DNA of 64,000 nucleotides from Tubulanus polymorphus (taxonomy: Eukaryota; Animalia; Nemertea), in the NCBI RefSeq assembly GCF_964204645.1, contig NC_134027.1, positions 14,354,485 to 14,418,484 of the forward strand, given 5' to 3'. This document shows, in pieces, positions 38,975-51,088 of the stretch. The stretch's first letter is position 1, and the number at the start of each line of letters is the position of its first letter. The notes under the pieces were generated by a model. That model saw only the letters and a list, made by a program, of their open reading frames with translations. It made no database searches and was not told the DNA's origin. Both the position numbers and the translations under genes were made by a program.

Positions 38975-39290
38975 TATTAGATACCCTATTAGATACCCTA
39001 ATACCTGATACCCCATTAGATACCCTAATACCTGATACCCTAATACCTGATACCCTATTAGATACCCTAATAAATATTATTTATACAATTTTCAACCAAT
39101 TTATTTTTATTTTTTCAACTAATATATGAATAAGTTTGAAAATAATAAAGGTTATTTATTATTACTGAGGTTTCAATTTCCATATGAATATCAGTTTAGA
39201 AAATAAGATATTTTATGTATTAGATTGTATTAGATATGTATTAAATACGTATTAGATACGTATTAGATACGTATTAGATACCTTAATACT
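38975..39290. repeat. Short GATACCCTAATACCT / TATTAGATAC repeats plus a duplicated ATPase 3' end in the convergent intergenic region
   Basis: Directly visible; the equivalent array is at ~3100-3400 in copy A. Confidence 0.75.
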
Positions 39291-39340
39291 TAAAACCCCC
39301 TTTTTTATTTACTATAATTTTATAAAATTTTCAACGTTTA

Positions 39341-40291
39341 TTACTTTTTGAGTGTTAGATAATCACTTTCTGAATCACTTTCATCATCACTCTCCAATTC
39401 ACTATCAAACCCTAACAATTTTCTCAATTTCTCTACCGAATCTTCTTCTAATTCTTCATTATTTTTATACTTATTCTTCGTCTTTTTTACCGCATCATCA
39501 ATAGTTGTTTCAATGTTTTGCTTACTCATCCTTTCTATCACATCATCAATAGTTTCTTCTTTATGTTTCATAGAATCTTTATTATCAATATGCTTATCTG
39601 TAACTTTATTTTCATTATCATCTTTATTAGTGTTTGTTCCTAATATTTCATTTACAGTGTTTGATCCTAATATTTCATTAGCATCGGTTAAATCTAATTC
39701 ATCTTTATTAGGTGTTGCTAATAATAAATCTTCATATATATTTTCACCATTTACTTTTTTATTTGAAACAAATTTTGTAACATATCTAAATGGGTGTTCT
39801 ATAAATTCTCTTAAACCAACACGTTCTATAACATTAGTAATATGTGAATTTGTATTCATATGTTTATTCCAATTTGATGGAGCGTTTGAAAATTCACCTT
39901 TACAATAATCACAATAATTTCTATTTTTACTAACATTTAATATTATTGCATTATTATATGTAGAAGGTATTACATTATTAGATGTAGAAGGTATTATATT
40001 ATTAGATGTAGTAGGTATTACATTATTAGATGTAGTAGGTATTACATTATTAGATGTAGAAGGTATTACATTATTAGATGTAGAAGGTATTACATTATTA
40101 TCAATTACATTACTTAAATTATCAACAACTTCACTTTTATTATTATCGATTTCTATTAGTTTAGTTTTATAAATTTTGAAAATAGGATCAAATATCAAAG
40201 CTATATTACAAGGTTATACATAATATAAACCATCATTATTTTCATGTGTATCGATGTATGGAATATGTTTATATACTTTACCTCCTTCCAT
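39341..40291 (-). pseudogene. Repeat/zinc-finger protein with acidic tail, copy B (stop at codon 26)
   Basis: TAAATG start at 40291 (MEGGKVYKH...). TAA replaces the ATA codon seen in copy A; in frame with 39341-40198. Confidence 0.8.
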
Positions 40292-40323
40292 TTATTATAT
40301 AGATTTTTATTAAAGTAAAAATT

Positions 40324-41571
40324 TTAATACATAACACTATTTAATTGAGAATTTACAATATTTAATTGCGCGTCAGATATAATATAAATGTGCATTTTAA
40401 AATTTTTGATTCCTTTATTTTTTGTCATGAATAATTGTATTCCATCTTTAGTGTTCTGTAGTTTTTTTCCAGAACCATGTAATGAATTATCCTCTGTTGT
40501 TCTAAAATCTAACCATAATGCATATTTATTACCGGTATAATAATCAATTTGATTAATGTTACAATTTTCAGATGATTTTACCTTTTCATTCATAAAATGT
40601 TTTCTAATTTCTGGCCATTGATCTATCATTCTCATTCCTTGACAAAATATTCTATTTGCTATTCCTTCGATAGTTATTTCTACTTTTGTTATTTCAGGAT
40701 TATAATAATTATCAACATTTATTGCGCCATTAGTATATGTTGCAATTGTAAAAAATATTAATATACCTTTAATAGATCTTCTTGGGAAGTTAATATTCTC
40801 ATTAATTATTTCATCATTTGCATTAATAGTTACAGTTTTAAATTGATCAATATAATCATATAATAATGAAAATCCTTGATTGTATTGAGTTTGAATTATA
40901 CTTGAAATATTTTCATCAGTTACTGTATCATATTCTAAACATATATTCGATAATTTATAACCCATATCTTTAACAACGCCAGATAATACAATTTCATTTA
41001 CAGGAGCAAATGTTATCTCAAATATAATATTTTCTTGAATTACATATTTATATAAAGGTGCATTATTATTTATCAATTCAAAGTCTAATGGAATTTTATA
41101 TTTGCTTCCATAAATCTTTTTTATCAAATTATCTGTGGCACGAGTTACTATTGCGTCATTAGCTCCCGATCTTAATTTATTATGGTTTTCCGATTGAATA
41201 CCCTGAAATATCATATTATTTCTATTTTCTTTAGTTAACCATAAATCTTTATAATGCATAAATAAATTATAATCATCTAATGAGAAAACTGTTTCTGGAC
41301 AAATCTTTATAGTTAATTTTTTAATCAAATACCTTCCAACATTATCAACAACATAATTATTATTATTACCGATTTCTTTTATATCGGCTGATAAATAAAT
41401 ACTATTTGGAACGTAAAAAGTATTTTGTGTTAATCGAGGAATTCTAACATATAAAGTTTCATCAGGATTAATATTAGAAGGGTTATGAGTAATTATATGA
41501 TGTGATCTTTCTGCTTTAATAGCATTAGATATTCTAGAAATCTTAGAAGGACTTATATAACTCCCACTCAT
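40324..41571 (-). CDS. Putative double-jelly-roll major capsid protein
   Basis: Intact 415-aa beta-rich ORF (LYVRIP, IYLSADI, IKKLTIKI, YKIPLDF, IIFEITFAP, LSNICLEYD, ITKVEITIEG, LWLDFR) of the expected size in a pPolB/ATPase element. The fold is inferred. Confidence 0.7.
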   Translation of the reverse strand: MSGSYISPSKISRISNAIKAERSHHIITHNPSNINPDETLYVRIPRLTQNTFYVPNSIYLSADIKEIGNNNNYVVDNVGRYLIKKLTIKICPETVFSLDDYNLFMHYKDLWLTKENRNNMIFQGIQSENHNKLRSGANDAIVTRATDNLIKKIYGSKYKIPLDFELINNNAPLYKYVIQENIIFEITFAPVNEIVLSGVVKDMGYKLSNICLEYDTVTDENISSIIQTQYNQGFSLLYDYIDQFKTVTINANDEIINENINFPRRSIKGILIFFTIATYTNGAINVDNYYNPEITKVEITIEGIANRIFCQGMRMIDQWPEIRKHFMNEKVKSSENCNINQIDYYTGNKYALWLDFRTTEDNSLHGSGKKLQNTKDGIQLFMTKNKGIKNFKMHIYIISDAQLNIVNSQLNSVMY

Positions 41572-43077
41572 TTATTTAACAAAAAAATTAATTATTAATT
41601 TTTTATTATTTTTTTCTTGATATCTTTTTGATATCATATTCACTAACCCAAAAATAATAGCACTTACAACTGTAATTAAAAATAAAATAATATGTTCAGC
41701 AGCAAAGTTAATAATGTTTCCTGCAGATTTCAATATAAAACCAACATTTGATGCAATAATTCCAGGTAAAGCTGCAGCAGATTTTTTAGATAGTTCCCAT
41801 AAATATTTTGCTAATTTCTTTAAACCATCTTTAACTTTATCTTGTATAGAATTATTATCATTCGGGGGTTTATCTGGTTTATTGGGAGTAGGAGTAGATT
41901 TCAAAGCATTTGATATAGCTAAACCTATTGTTGTAAATAACATAGTTACAGCTGTTAGAATTGAAAGAATTGTTATTCCTTCAAACTTAAATAATAATTT
42001 TATTCTATCTTTCAATGATATTTTAGAATCTGGTTTTATTAGATATCTTTTAAAAACATCTTTTAATCTATTAATATTATAATCATATGATTTTAATAAT
42101 AATTTAATTTCTTCTTTTTGTAATTCTATGTTATATTCTAAATCATCTTCTTCTTTTTCTAAACGTAATTCTTTTTGCCTATATTCTATTTCATCAAGTA
42201 ATTGATTATCTAAATCAGACTTTAATTGTTCTATTTCTTTATTTTTATCAGTTAATTCTTTTTCTAAAGTTCTAATTTTAAAATCTCTTATACTTTTATC
42301 ATGCGCAATTTTATCAGATGCAAGTCTTATACTAATAATTTCTCTAATTGCTGTATCAGAAAATATATCTAAATCTTCTAATTCTTGATCTGTTGCGTCA
42401 AGTAATCCATTCGGTAAAAGTTTTTCAATTGGAACTTTATTTGATTTAGGTTTACTAGTTTTGGAAGTTTTATTCTGTTCAGAACTTGTTTCTGGTTCTA
42501 AATTATTATCGATTGTTTCAAATAATTTATTGATTCTTTGTTTAAATACTCTTTCATTTTTAATAATTTCTTCTTGTGTTACATCTTCTATTTCATTACT
42601 ATTTCTTATTATTTTAATTCTAGATAGTAATGAGTCAGACTTAAGCAAAGTTGATTCTGCTTATATTTTTTTTTGTTTTTTATAAGAGATATCAATATAA
42701 TAATCATCTTTCAAACGATAATAATATTCACCATCTAAAAACTTTAATTCTTGTACTAAAAGTCTAGCGCCTCTATCATTTATATTATATCCAGATTCTT
42801 TAAATACATGTTGAAATTCATACATAAATTCATAATTTTCTAAACCTGGGTCTAAATTTTCAGTAGGTATTCTCGATCTAATTCTTCTATCATTTTCTTC
42901 TGTTGATGGGACTTTAGAACCACTATCTGCTAAATTAGAATTATATGCTGATTCATCATCATTATCAATATTAGTTTCATTAAGATTAGCACCTGCATCA
43001 TTATAATCATCATCAATATATCCTTCATTATTATTTCCCATGTCATCCAATGGAATATCTTCTCCACCTTCTGCCAT
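41572..43077 (-). pseudogene. ~500-aa protein with acidic N-terminus, coiled coil and C-terminal hydrophobic/amphipathic helices (one in-frame TAA at 42661-63)
   Basis: ORFs 42661-43077 and 41572-42648 are in the same frame, 12 nt apart; two or three TM-like segments. Confidence 0.7.
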
Positions 43078-43093
43078 TTACATAATAAAAAAA

Positions 43094-44391
43094 TTAAAAT
43101 TTGAAATATAATATTCCTCCTATAACAATTCCTATACAGGTTATAGCTAATTTAGTATTTTCATGGGATTTATTATCATCATTTAGTTTAATTATTTCAT
43201 GTTGAATAATATCAGTTTTAATATTTTCTGATGTATTATAATCCGGTTTAGAATCATTATGCAATTTAATATTTTTAGTTTTAGTTTCTGTTGATTGAAT
43301 GTGTTTTTTATTTTTTTCACCTTCCATTAATTTTGGAGCAGTAATTATCTTTTTATTTATATCATTCAATCCAAATGAATTATTTATTGTTGCAGTTTTA
43401 ATTAGATTATTATAACCAATTATATTTCCCATCTTCAATACTAAATCATTAGAAATAATTAATAGATTAGGGCCTATACAATAATTTAATCTAATATGTG
43501 ATTTATCTAAATAATTTTGATATCTTACAATGTTTTCTGGAATCGATCTATTTTTATCATTATGTATAGAATCTTCAAATAAAACTTTAAATTGTTTCTG
43601 CGCATCGAATGAAGTGTTATCATTTCCAATTATTGGGGATCTTGTTTCAACTTGCGCACCTAAAATACATATCAAATAAGTTCTAATTGATTGATTTATT
43701 CTTTGTATACCTGATTTTGTAAAACCTTCACCATTTTCTAAAATGAAATTAACCCAACCATTATTATTATCAATTTTATAATTATGATAAGCTGAAATTC
43801 TATGCATATAATCAATTCTTTTTATTTCAAACTCTTCACCTACACCTTGCAATTTACCATGCGCTCTGAAATCGGAATTAATATTTATATTAAATTCATT
43901 ACATATTTTATAAAACTTAGATAGATTAATATTATTATCCAATTGTTTAAAATATTTAGACCCGGGTAAAGGACATTCTAATTCATTTAATATTATTCTG
44001 ATTTGAAAATATGTGTGAAATCTGAATATTGTGTGAATAATTTTTAATCAGAATACTTCAAATTTTTATCTAAGTTATTCAAATGATCATTCCAACTAAT
44101 TCCACATCCTGTTGTTGCACAATAAACAGCAAAATCTAATTGGTTCTGCCAATATTTCATATTAGATTTTACTTTATATATATGGTATTCATCTCGAGTA
44201 AAAGTAACTTCATATGTATTAAATATATTTTCCATTTTAGAAATAAAAAACTGTGATTCAGTAACATAAATTTCTAAATTAGTTAATGAATTCAAAACTA
44301 CATTTCTATATGTAATATTTTTCTTAAAATCTATTGCAGGAATATTATATTTAATTGATTTATTATATTGGAAAGCTTTTGGAAACCCCAT
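43094..44391 (-). pseudogene. ~430-aa uncharacterised protein with C-terminal TM anchor (frameshift near 44044)
   Basis: YWQNQLDFAVYCATTGCGIS followed by a shifted frame IFRFHTYFQIRIILNELECPLPG that runs into ORF 43094-43942; ends LAITCIGIVIGGILYF. Confidence 0.7.
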
Positions 44392-44407
44392 TTATATAAT
44401 TAAAAAA

Positions 44408-44842
44408 TTAATAATCAACTAATTCTTTTAATAATTTATCTTGTTCTTCAACTGTTATTTGGCCATTTAAACTTATTATATAATCTAGTGTGTTCTTTAA
44501 TTTATTAATTTCTTTTATATTAGTTTTAATTTTTTCTTTATTACTTTTTATATTTAATTTTGAACTTATACCAGTTAAAACACTTGAACTTAATCCTAAC
44601 ACACCAATTGATATAGCTAAAGGTGTTAATGGACTGAATATTGCTAGAAATGTTATTACAGAACTAATTGTAACCGAACCACTTATAATCAAATAATATA
44701 TAATTTTACTTTTTAAATATTTTTTCTTTTTAAGTTTTAAGTCACTTTCAAATTCTAATATTTGTTTTTCTAAATATATTTTTAATTTAGTTTTATTTAT
44801 ATCATGGGGAATAATATCAATATTATCAACTTTATCTTCCAT
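44408..44842 (-). CDS. Two-TM hairpin protein flanked by helical segments
   Basis: IIYYLIISGSVTISSVITFLAIF / LAISIGVLGLSSSVLTGIS; intact, with a TAAATG start. Confidence 0.7.
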   Translation of the reverse strand: MEDKVDNIDIIPHDINKTKLKIYLEKQILEFESDLKLKKKKYLKSKIIYYLIISGSVTISSVITFLAIFSPLTPLAISIGVLGLSSSVLTGISSKLNIKSNKEKIKTNIKEINKLKNTLDYIISLNGQITVEEQDKLLKELVDY

Positions 44843-44862
44843 TTATTTAGAAAAAAAAATTA

Positions 44863-45285
44863 CTAATTAGTAAATTTATATGCTACAAATATAACAATAA
44901 CTGTTCCGCCTAAAATCCATATTATTTCATATTTCTGTTGTTCTTTACTTGGGGTATAATAATCTGATAATTTAGGTTTGTATAGATGTAATTTTTCTTT
45001 ATTTGTTACTGCGTTATATAAACTCATTGCATCATCAACTGATTGAAAATCTCTATGTGAAATCTTCTGATCATATAATTCTTTATTGATGTAATCCATA
45101 TAGTTTTGTCTCTTTTCTCTATATTCTTCTGCAGCTTTATTGTATTTCTCTAACGCTAAGTTATGTCTTCTTTGTTCTCCTAATGAACTATTTTTATCAA
45201 TATGTTTAATTAAATATCCGCCACCAGTAAATGCTAAAGCGTTAACAATTGCCGATCCTATAATAGTTATAATTGCAGAAGCCAT
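44863..45285 (-). CDS. Small membrane protein with N-terminal hydrophobic helix and C-terminal TM
   Basis: MASAIITIIGSAIVNALAFTGGGYL...IIWILGGTVIVIFVAY. Confidence 0.7.
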   Translation of the reverse strand: MASAIITIIGSAIVNALAFTGGGYLIKHIDKNSSLGEQRRHNLALEKYNKAAEEYREKRQNYMDYINKELYDQKISHRDFQSVDDAMSLYNAVTNKEKLHLYKPKLSDYYTPSKEQQKYEIIWILGGTVIVIFVAYKFTN

Positions 45286-45309
45286 TTATTTAGCAAAAAA
45301 ATTATGCAT

Positions 45310-45531
45310 TTATATGGGAGGAATATATTTTTGTTTTTCTAAATAATCAATAGTTAAATTAGATAAAGTAACTGTTAATGTTAATTTTAAAATATCATTT
45401 ATATAAAATCTATCAACATTAACACTTCCCATTTTGAATACTTTTTTTAATACCATTGAATAACCAACAGTTCCAACTGATAGTAATGCTCCATTATATA
45501 ATCCAGTTATTATCCACTTATTATCACTCAT
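45310..45531 (-). CDS. 73-aa hydrophobic protein
   Basis: Intact ORF carrying the conserved T-run/TAAATG start element. Confidence 0.65.
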   Translation of the reverse strand: MSDNKWIITGLYNGALLSVGTVGYSMVLKKVFKMGSVNVDRFYINDILKLTLTVTLSNLTIDYLEKQKYIPPI

Positions 45532-45635
45532 TTATTTATCAAAAAAATTACTATCATCAAAATATTTAGTTATCTTAGTGATGATTAATTCAACATTTAT
45601 TTCATTACTAGTTTCAGATGTATATATTTCAATTA

Positions 45636-45887
45636 TTATTCTTTAATATCATCGATGATAAAATCTACATCTAATTCATAAAATCTTAAAGATTCTCTAA
45701 TTAAATTAGTAATCTTTTCTACATTTAAAGTTTCTTTATCTATTGTTGTTTCATACTCAAATGTTGTTTCATTTGAAAATGTAATATTTTTGATGTGTGT
45801 AATTACATCATTAACGTTAAATTTCATTTCTTTCTCACGTTTAAAATCAAATCCAAAACATATACTACGCCCAACAGTTATATTCAT
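45636..45887 (-). CDS. Small uncharacterised protein (possibly shortened by a stop)
   Basis: T-run/TAAATG start; coding-like sequence continues toward ~45550. Confidence 0.55.
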   Translation of the reverse strand: MNITVGRSICFGFDFKREKEMKFNVNDVITHIKNITFSNETTFEYETTIDKETLNVEKITNLIRESLRFYELDVDFIIDDIKE

Positions 45888-45903
45888 TTATATAATGAAA
45901 AAA

Positions 45904-46659
45904 TTACTCTCTACATCTTATAACTAATTCATAAATTACAGGAAAGTTATTCAAATCAATTAAATAACCATTATGATTTCTTACTTCTAACTTAAAATTG
46001 TTAAATTGAGGAATGCATGGTTTGAAATCACATTCAGCTAAATTATAATTTATTTGAGTTCCAAATTGTTTAACATTTTTCAGCGGTAAAATATTTAATA
46101 TACTAGAATTACAAATTGTATCTTTAGTTGCTTCGAAAATTTTTTTAGGCTCGATTAAATTGCAATAAATATAAAAGTGTGTAAAAGGTATTATATTTGT
46201 ATAAGTATCAATATTTGAATAATGTCTATCCGAAAGAATTCCAAACAGTTTAGCTAAAGGTTTTCTTACTAGAAATCTATGTTGTTCATTAGTTAACTTT
46301 ATTCTTATTTTATTCGAACTATCACTTTTGATGAATTTAATTTCAAATCGAGCAGCTGAGCCCATTTTTAAACGAGCTCTTTTATTAATTTCTTGCGCTA
46401 ATGTTTCTAAATTATATAATCATGGTTTTTAGATAAAGATGAAACCATTTATTCAAATTTCTATCATAAATTTTAAAAGCTAAATGATCAAGACTTTTAT
46501 TCGATATATTATGAAAAGAATTACATAAACTTATATTAACTAATTTTAAATCAACACAATTCTTAAATTCTCTATCTAATTGAACTAGTAAATTATGTGA
46601 TTTATAATTTGTATGTCTTCTAGAATCTACAAATATTCTGTATTCTTTTAATTTACCAT
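45904..46659 (-). pseudogene. Putative minor capsid (penton-like single jelly roll), frameshifted
   Basis: N-terminal YRIFVDSR...LLVQLDREFKN and C-terminal FYIYCNLIEP...ILNILP...FNNFKLEVRNHNGYLIDL...YELVIR match the Polinton minor-capsid pattern. Confidence 0.7.
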
Positions 46660-46676
46660 TTATTTTACATATTTTC

Positions 46677-47030
46677 TCATTCGAAATCTATTTCATGGTG
46701 CCCTTTTTCATTCTTACCTTTGTATACGAAATAGAAATCTCCAGAACATAATTCTTCTAAATCTTCACTTGATAATCTATGAAATCTATCAGGTAAATAT
46801 GTTCTGAATTTAAATGTATTTCCTTTTAATCCTTCATATTCTAAGTGTATAACTAATTTATCTCCATAGTTATTAGTAACTGTAACAATATTTGTAATTA
46901 GATATTTCTTATGAATTGTTAATTCTGTTAACTTTTTGAATTTATAATCTACAGATTTTACATTTGTTATATCTATAATTCTATCTAGAAATAATTTGTT
47001 GTTCTCACTGTGCGCTTGTTTACTCTCCAT
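46677..47030 (-). CDS. 117-aa beta-rich protein next to pPolB (possible OB-fold ssDNA-binding protein)
   Basis: FKKLTEL...YLI...TNNYGDKLVIHLE...YLPDRF...FVYKG; intact. Function is inferred. Confidence 0.55.
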   Translation of the reverse strand: MESKQAHSENNKLFLDRIIDITNVKSVDYKFKKLTELTIHKKYLITNIVTVTNNYGDKLVIHLEYEGLKGNTFKFRTYLPDRFHRLSSEDLEELCSGDFYFVYKGKNEKGHHEIDFE

Positions 47031-47062
47031 TTTAATAACATATTTTTAATAAAAAAATTTGA

Positions 47063-50000
47063 TTAACACGTTAGAATTCTTTTCATTATCTCGTTCTCTT
47101 TTGTTTCTTCTCTTTTAAATTTTAAGTATTCATCTAAATTGCAACCATAAGCAACTGTATGAATTCCATCATCTAAAATATATCTTTTATCATCAAATGG
47201 GTTTAGACTTATCTTTTCAATTTCTTCAATAAACATTTCATGATCTTCAGATCTTAAACATCTCATCTTATGTTTTCTAACTTCTTCATTGAATATACAA
47301 TTGATGTAATCTTTGAAATGAATATTCTTTTCTACTACACTTTTGGTTATTCCTTTTAACTTTTTAGCTTCATGTTCTTTAGTTTTATATGAATACATTT
47401 TAGATCTAATACCGATGAACTCTATCATTTCTTCACCACCTAATTCATCTTTGAATTTATCTTTTTTATTATCATTGCTAAACAATTCATGATCTTTAGG
47501 ATAGTTACTAAAATCAAAATGATGTTTTAATGTTTTTAAATCATCAGTTATGTTATCAGTTTTTATCTTTAATATGTAACTGTCGGTATCACAATATAAT
47601 ATTTCTATATGTTTTTCTCCAAAAAGTGGTTGTAATATATTATAATAGAATTCATACATTAGTAATTTTGATAATTCTAAAACTGAAGCGCCAACATAGA
47701 TTGGTTTATTAAATTTCATTGATGTTCTTCTCATCTTAACTGCGGCTAAATTTTCATCAAATATTCTGTTACCAATGAACTTAGGATATGTTTGTAAATG
47801 TCTAATTCTTTTACCATTACTAACTAACTCAATATCATTTCTATTTCTAATATTTTCACAAGTCTTACCATAGAATGCATTATTCATTAACTTGAAGAAA
47901 TCTTTCTCGAAATCAGTTTTAGCTTTAGTTCTCTGTTTGGTGTTAAAATCTATATATTTTTCTAACCACTTAGATTGACTGAATGAAATATATCTATGTA
48001 CTTTTTTTAGAATCATTCCTTGTTTTAGATAAAACTTTAACATTCTATAATGTACTACATAATTATATTTATCTTTCTGAGTTACCATTAACTTTTCTGT
48101 ATGAATATGATTTTCGGGTTTAATTCTTTTTTGGTAATTTGATAATTCTTCATGAGTTACAGTTTTATGTTCGGGACAATAAGCTAGATTTCTAGATTTA
48201 AATTTAATATGTTCAGGATATTCTAAGTCTACAACAAAGAAGTAACCAGTATCTGAATCATCTGCAATATCTAGAATTCTTTTCTTCCAATCAAATTTAT
48301 CATTATTTTCATTCGGTAAAACTTCAGTTAATTCAAATACTCCATAAGGTTGTGGTTCCATCATTGCCCAACCATACAAATTATTTGCATCTATATATAA
48401 TAACTTATATCAAGGATTATCATTTACATTGAAATATCTATCACCTAATACACCTGAAACTCCTCCTCTTATAGATTTTTCAAATAATAATAATTGATCT
48501 ATATTTGTTAACAAATCCATTTTTATATCTGTAAATTTTAATCCACAATCCCATGTTAAACCTGGTGATGAATAACAATGACAAGGATCAATGTTAAAAT
48601 ATTTTAGGTTTACATCTCTAAACCTTTCGAATATATCGGTTAATAATAATACATCTGATTTTAAATATAAATCTACTAATTGCCCATGATTTTCTATTTT
48701 GAAATGATTCCAAATATTCAATGTTCTATTATATACTTCATCTTTAACATATTCATTTTTTAATTCATCATAAAATTGTTCTTTCAATAATTCAGTTATG
48801 TTAAAATCATTATGATTTTTATAGAAAGAATATGGAATTGCTCCTTTATATCTCATTAATTGGAAATCATCATTATTTGGATAGTGTTGTTTTAATATCT
48901 TTAATTCATCATCAACTAATGATTTTGATAAGTTATCTAATGAACTATTTAAAAATCTATATGAATCTATAAATCTTAGACACCCAAGTTGGAATGATAT
49001 ATAATTCTCAGATGTTTTAGCTAACATTCTAAATTTATAAGTTGGTATTTTATCTTTTGATCTATTTGAATTTAATATTTCTATTTCATTATTGATTTCT
49101 TCTATTTTATGGCATAACTGTTTGATGAATAAATGTGCATCATATCCTGATAGATTATGAAATATAACTGGTACAAAATTAATTTTCTTAGCTTGTAAGT
49201 TACAATTCTCATGTGCAGCGCCTCTAAACTTTCCGTTCAAATGATCATGGTCTCTTACGTTTTTATCTTTATAATTAAATATCTTTTCACAATAATAACA
49301 TTTATCTGCAAACGCAAATTCTTCTTTATCTTCTTCTGTCATTATAATTTCTATATTTGTATTCAATAATTTACTTAATCTTATTTCATATTCAATTAAT
49401 AAGTCACAAAAATGATTGATAACATTTTCATTTCTGTAAAGATAATATTCACTTTCAATTAGTTCTGGATAATCAGATTTTATATATAACCCGAAAGCAG
49501 CAGCTGATTGATGAATCTATTTAATTGTATTTGTTTTTGGTGGTTCATCTGAAAAATCATTTTCATTAGAATTTAATTTCTTTCTTTTATAATATATTTC
49601 TTTTCTATCTTGATCAGTTAATTCTTTATTTAATGATTCAAAATCTCCATATATTACAAATGGTACTTTATTTTTGTAATCATATTTTTTGAATTCTAAT
49701 ATTTTATCCTTTTCATTTGGTAAAACTAATTTACAATAATCATGATTTTCACATAATTGTTTATGATTTAATAATGTACTTTCATTACTGAATCTATGTA
49801 AACATTTTCTACAAAGATATATTTTATGGTGATCATTTTCTGATTTGAAAAATAAATCGATTTGTTTAATCCACATATAATGATTCTCATAATATAATAT
49901 ATCTATAATATCATTTGAATCATAATCTTTTGATAGATATAAAGGTTCTAATGTATAATGTTTTATATTGTTACCTTTTGTATTTGGTAATTTGATTAAA

Positions 50001-51088
50001 TCAAATACATTTATTCTTAAATTATTATCTCTTTCTATTTTTGGGATGTTTTTAATTCTAACAGGATACTTATCTATCTTATAATTATTTTCAAATGGTT
50101 TATAATGAGTTAATCTACAAATATTATAAGTTGCAGGATGTAAACAACTTATTATAGTCCATAGTAAACATTTATCATCAAAATTTTGTACATTTATTAC
50201 AGCATTAGTTTTAAATGGTAGTTTAATATAACTTGTTCCATTTATACTATCATCTTTATAATATGATAAATTATTTTCATCAATTGGTTTTGATTTAGTT
50301 AACTTATTATATTTTGTGTTATAAACATGTAAAGTCATAAATATTATTTCATCAAATATTAAACCAGATCCTTCAAAATATTTCTCTTCTATTTTAGTTT
50401 TTACTTCATTATAACATTTATCTAACTTATCATCTATATGTTGTTTTGAAATAATATGTTGTGAATGAGAATTTATATTATATATTGGTTTATCTTCAGA
50501 TTTTATAAACTTTACTTTAGAAGATATACTTATTTTAGGATATTCAAAATCTGTAATTATTTTTATTATTTCTTTCATATTTTCTAAATGTTTTTTATTT
50601 TCTTCTAATGTTTTTCCTTTATGAAATTTAAACTCGATAGCTGCTGGACCAATATCACTTTTAAATGCTTCGGTTATCTCTATATCTTTTTTATTATCTA
50701 ATGAATTAATATAATTTCTTACATCTTCCATGTATGGTCTTTTATTGTTTAATTCATTTTTTATGCTTTTAATTGTCTTCTGTTTCTTATCGTTATCATT
50801 ATCAAAATAATCTTCACCTAAAATATCATTATTCTTATTTCTAATATGACTTATAGATTTTAAATGTTCTTTATAATATCTTTTATCACTGAATGATTGA
50901 TTACATGTATCACATTTATATGTTTCTTTTTCATTCTTTAATTCTTCTAATTTAGTTTCTAATATATCATCTTTATATTCTAGTTTCAATTTATTCTCTA
51001 AATGTGTTTTAGTTTTATTGTGTCTTGCTTTTTGGGATTTATCTATATTGATATTACATGTTGGAGAGTAGTACTTATTTGCTTCCAT
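47063..51088 (-). pseudogene. Protein-primed family B DNA polymerase (~1340 codons) with N-terminal Zn fingers, OTU-like protease and inserted endonuclease-VII domain; two in-frame stops
   Basis: Three ORFs lie in one frame, separated by TAG (49517-19) and TGA (48410-12). Motifs: EGSG, NFDDKCLLW...NHY, YGDFES, CYYC..VRDHDHLNGKFRGAAHENCN, FHNLSGYD, YLKSDV, YIDANNLYG, KLMNNAFYGK, YCDTDS. Confidence 0.95.

Larger units (their letters stand above)
41569..45906 (-). promoter_or_regulatory. Seven copies of the start-site element AA-T6-9-N5-7-TAAATG
   Basis: Found directly upstream of and overlapping the ATGs at 41571, 43077, 44391, 44842, 45285, 45531 and 45887. Confidence 0.8.

Noticed and set aside
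39513-42685. Plus-strand ORFs 39513-39908, 41714-42082 and 42461-42685 (and similar short antisense ORFs elsewhere)
   Set aside because: They are antisense shadows of real genes, with no motifs or start elements.
47063-51088. Stop-codon reassignment or readthrough explaining in-frame stops in viral genes
   Set aside because: All three stop types occur (TAG, TGA, TAA), their positions differ between copies A and B, and frameshifts exist in other genes. Ordinary decay explains this.
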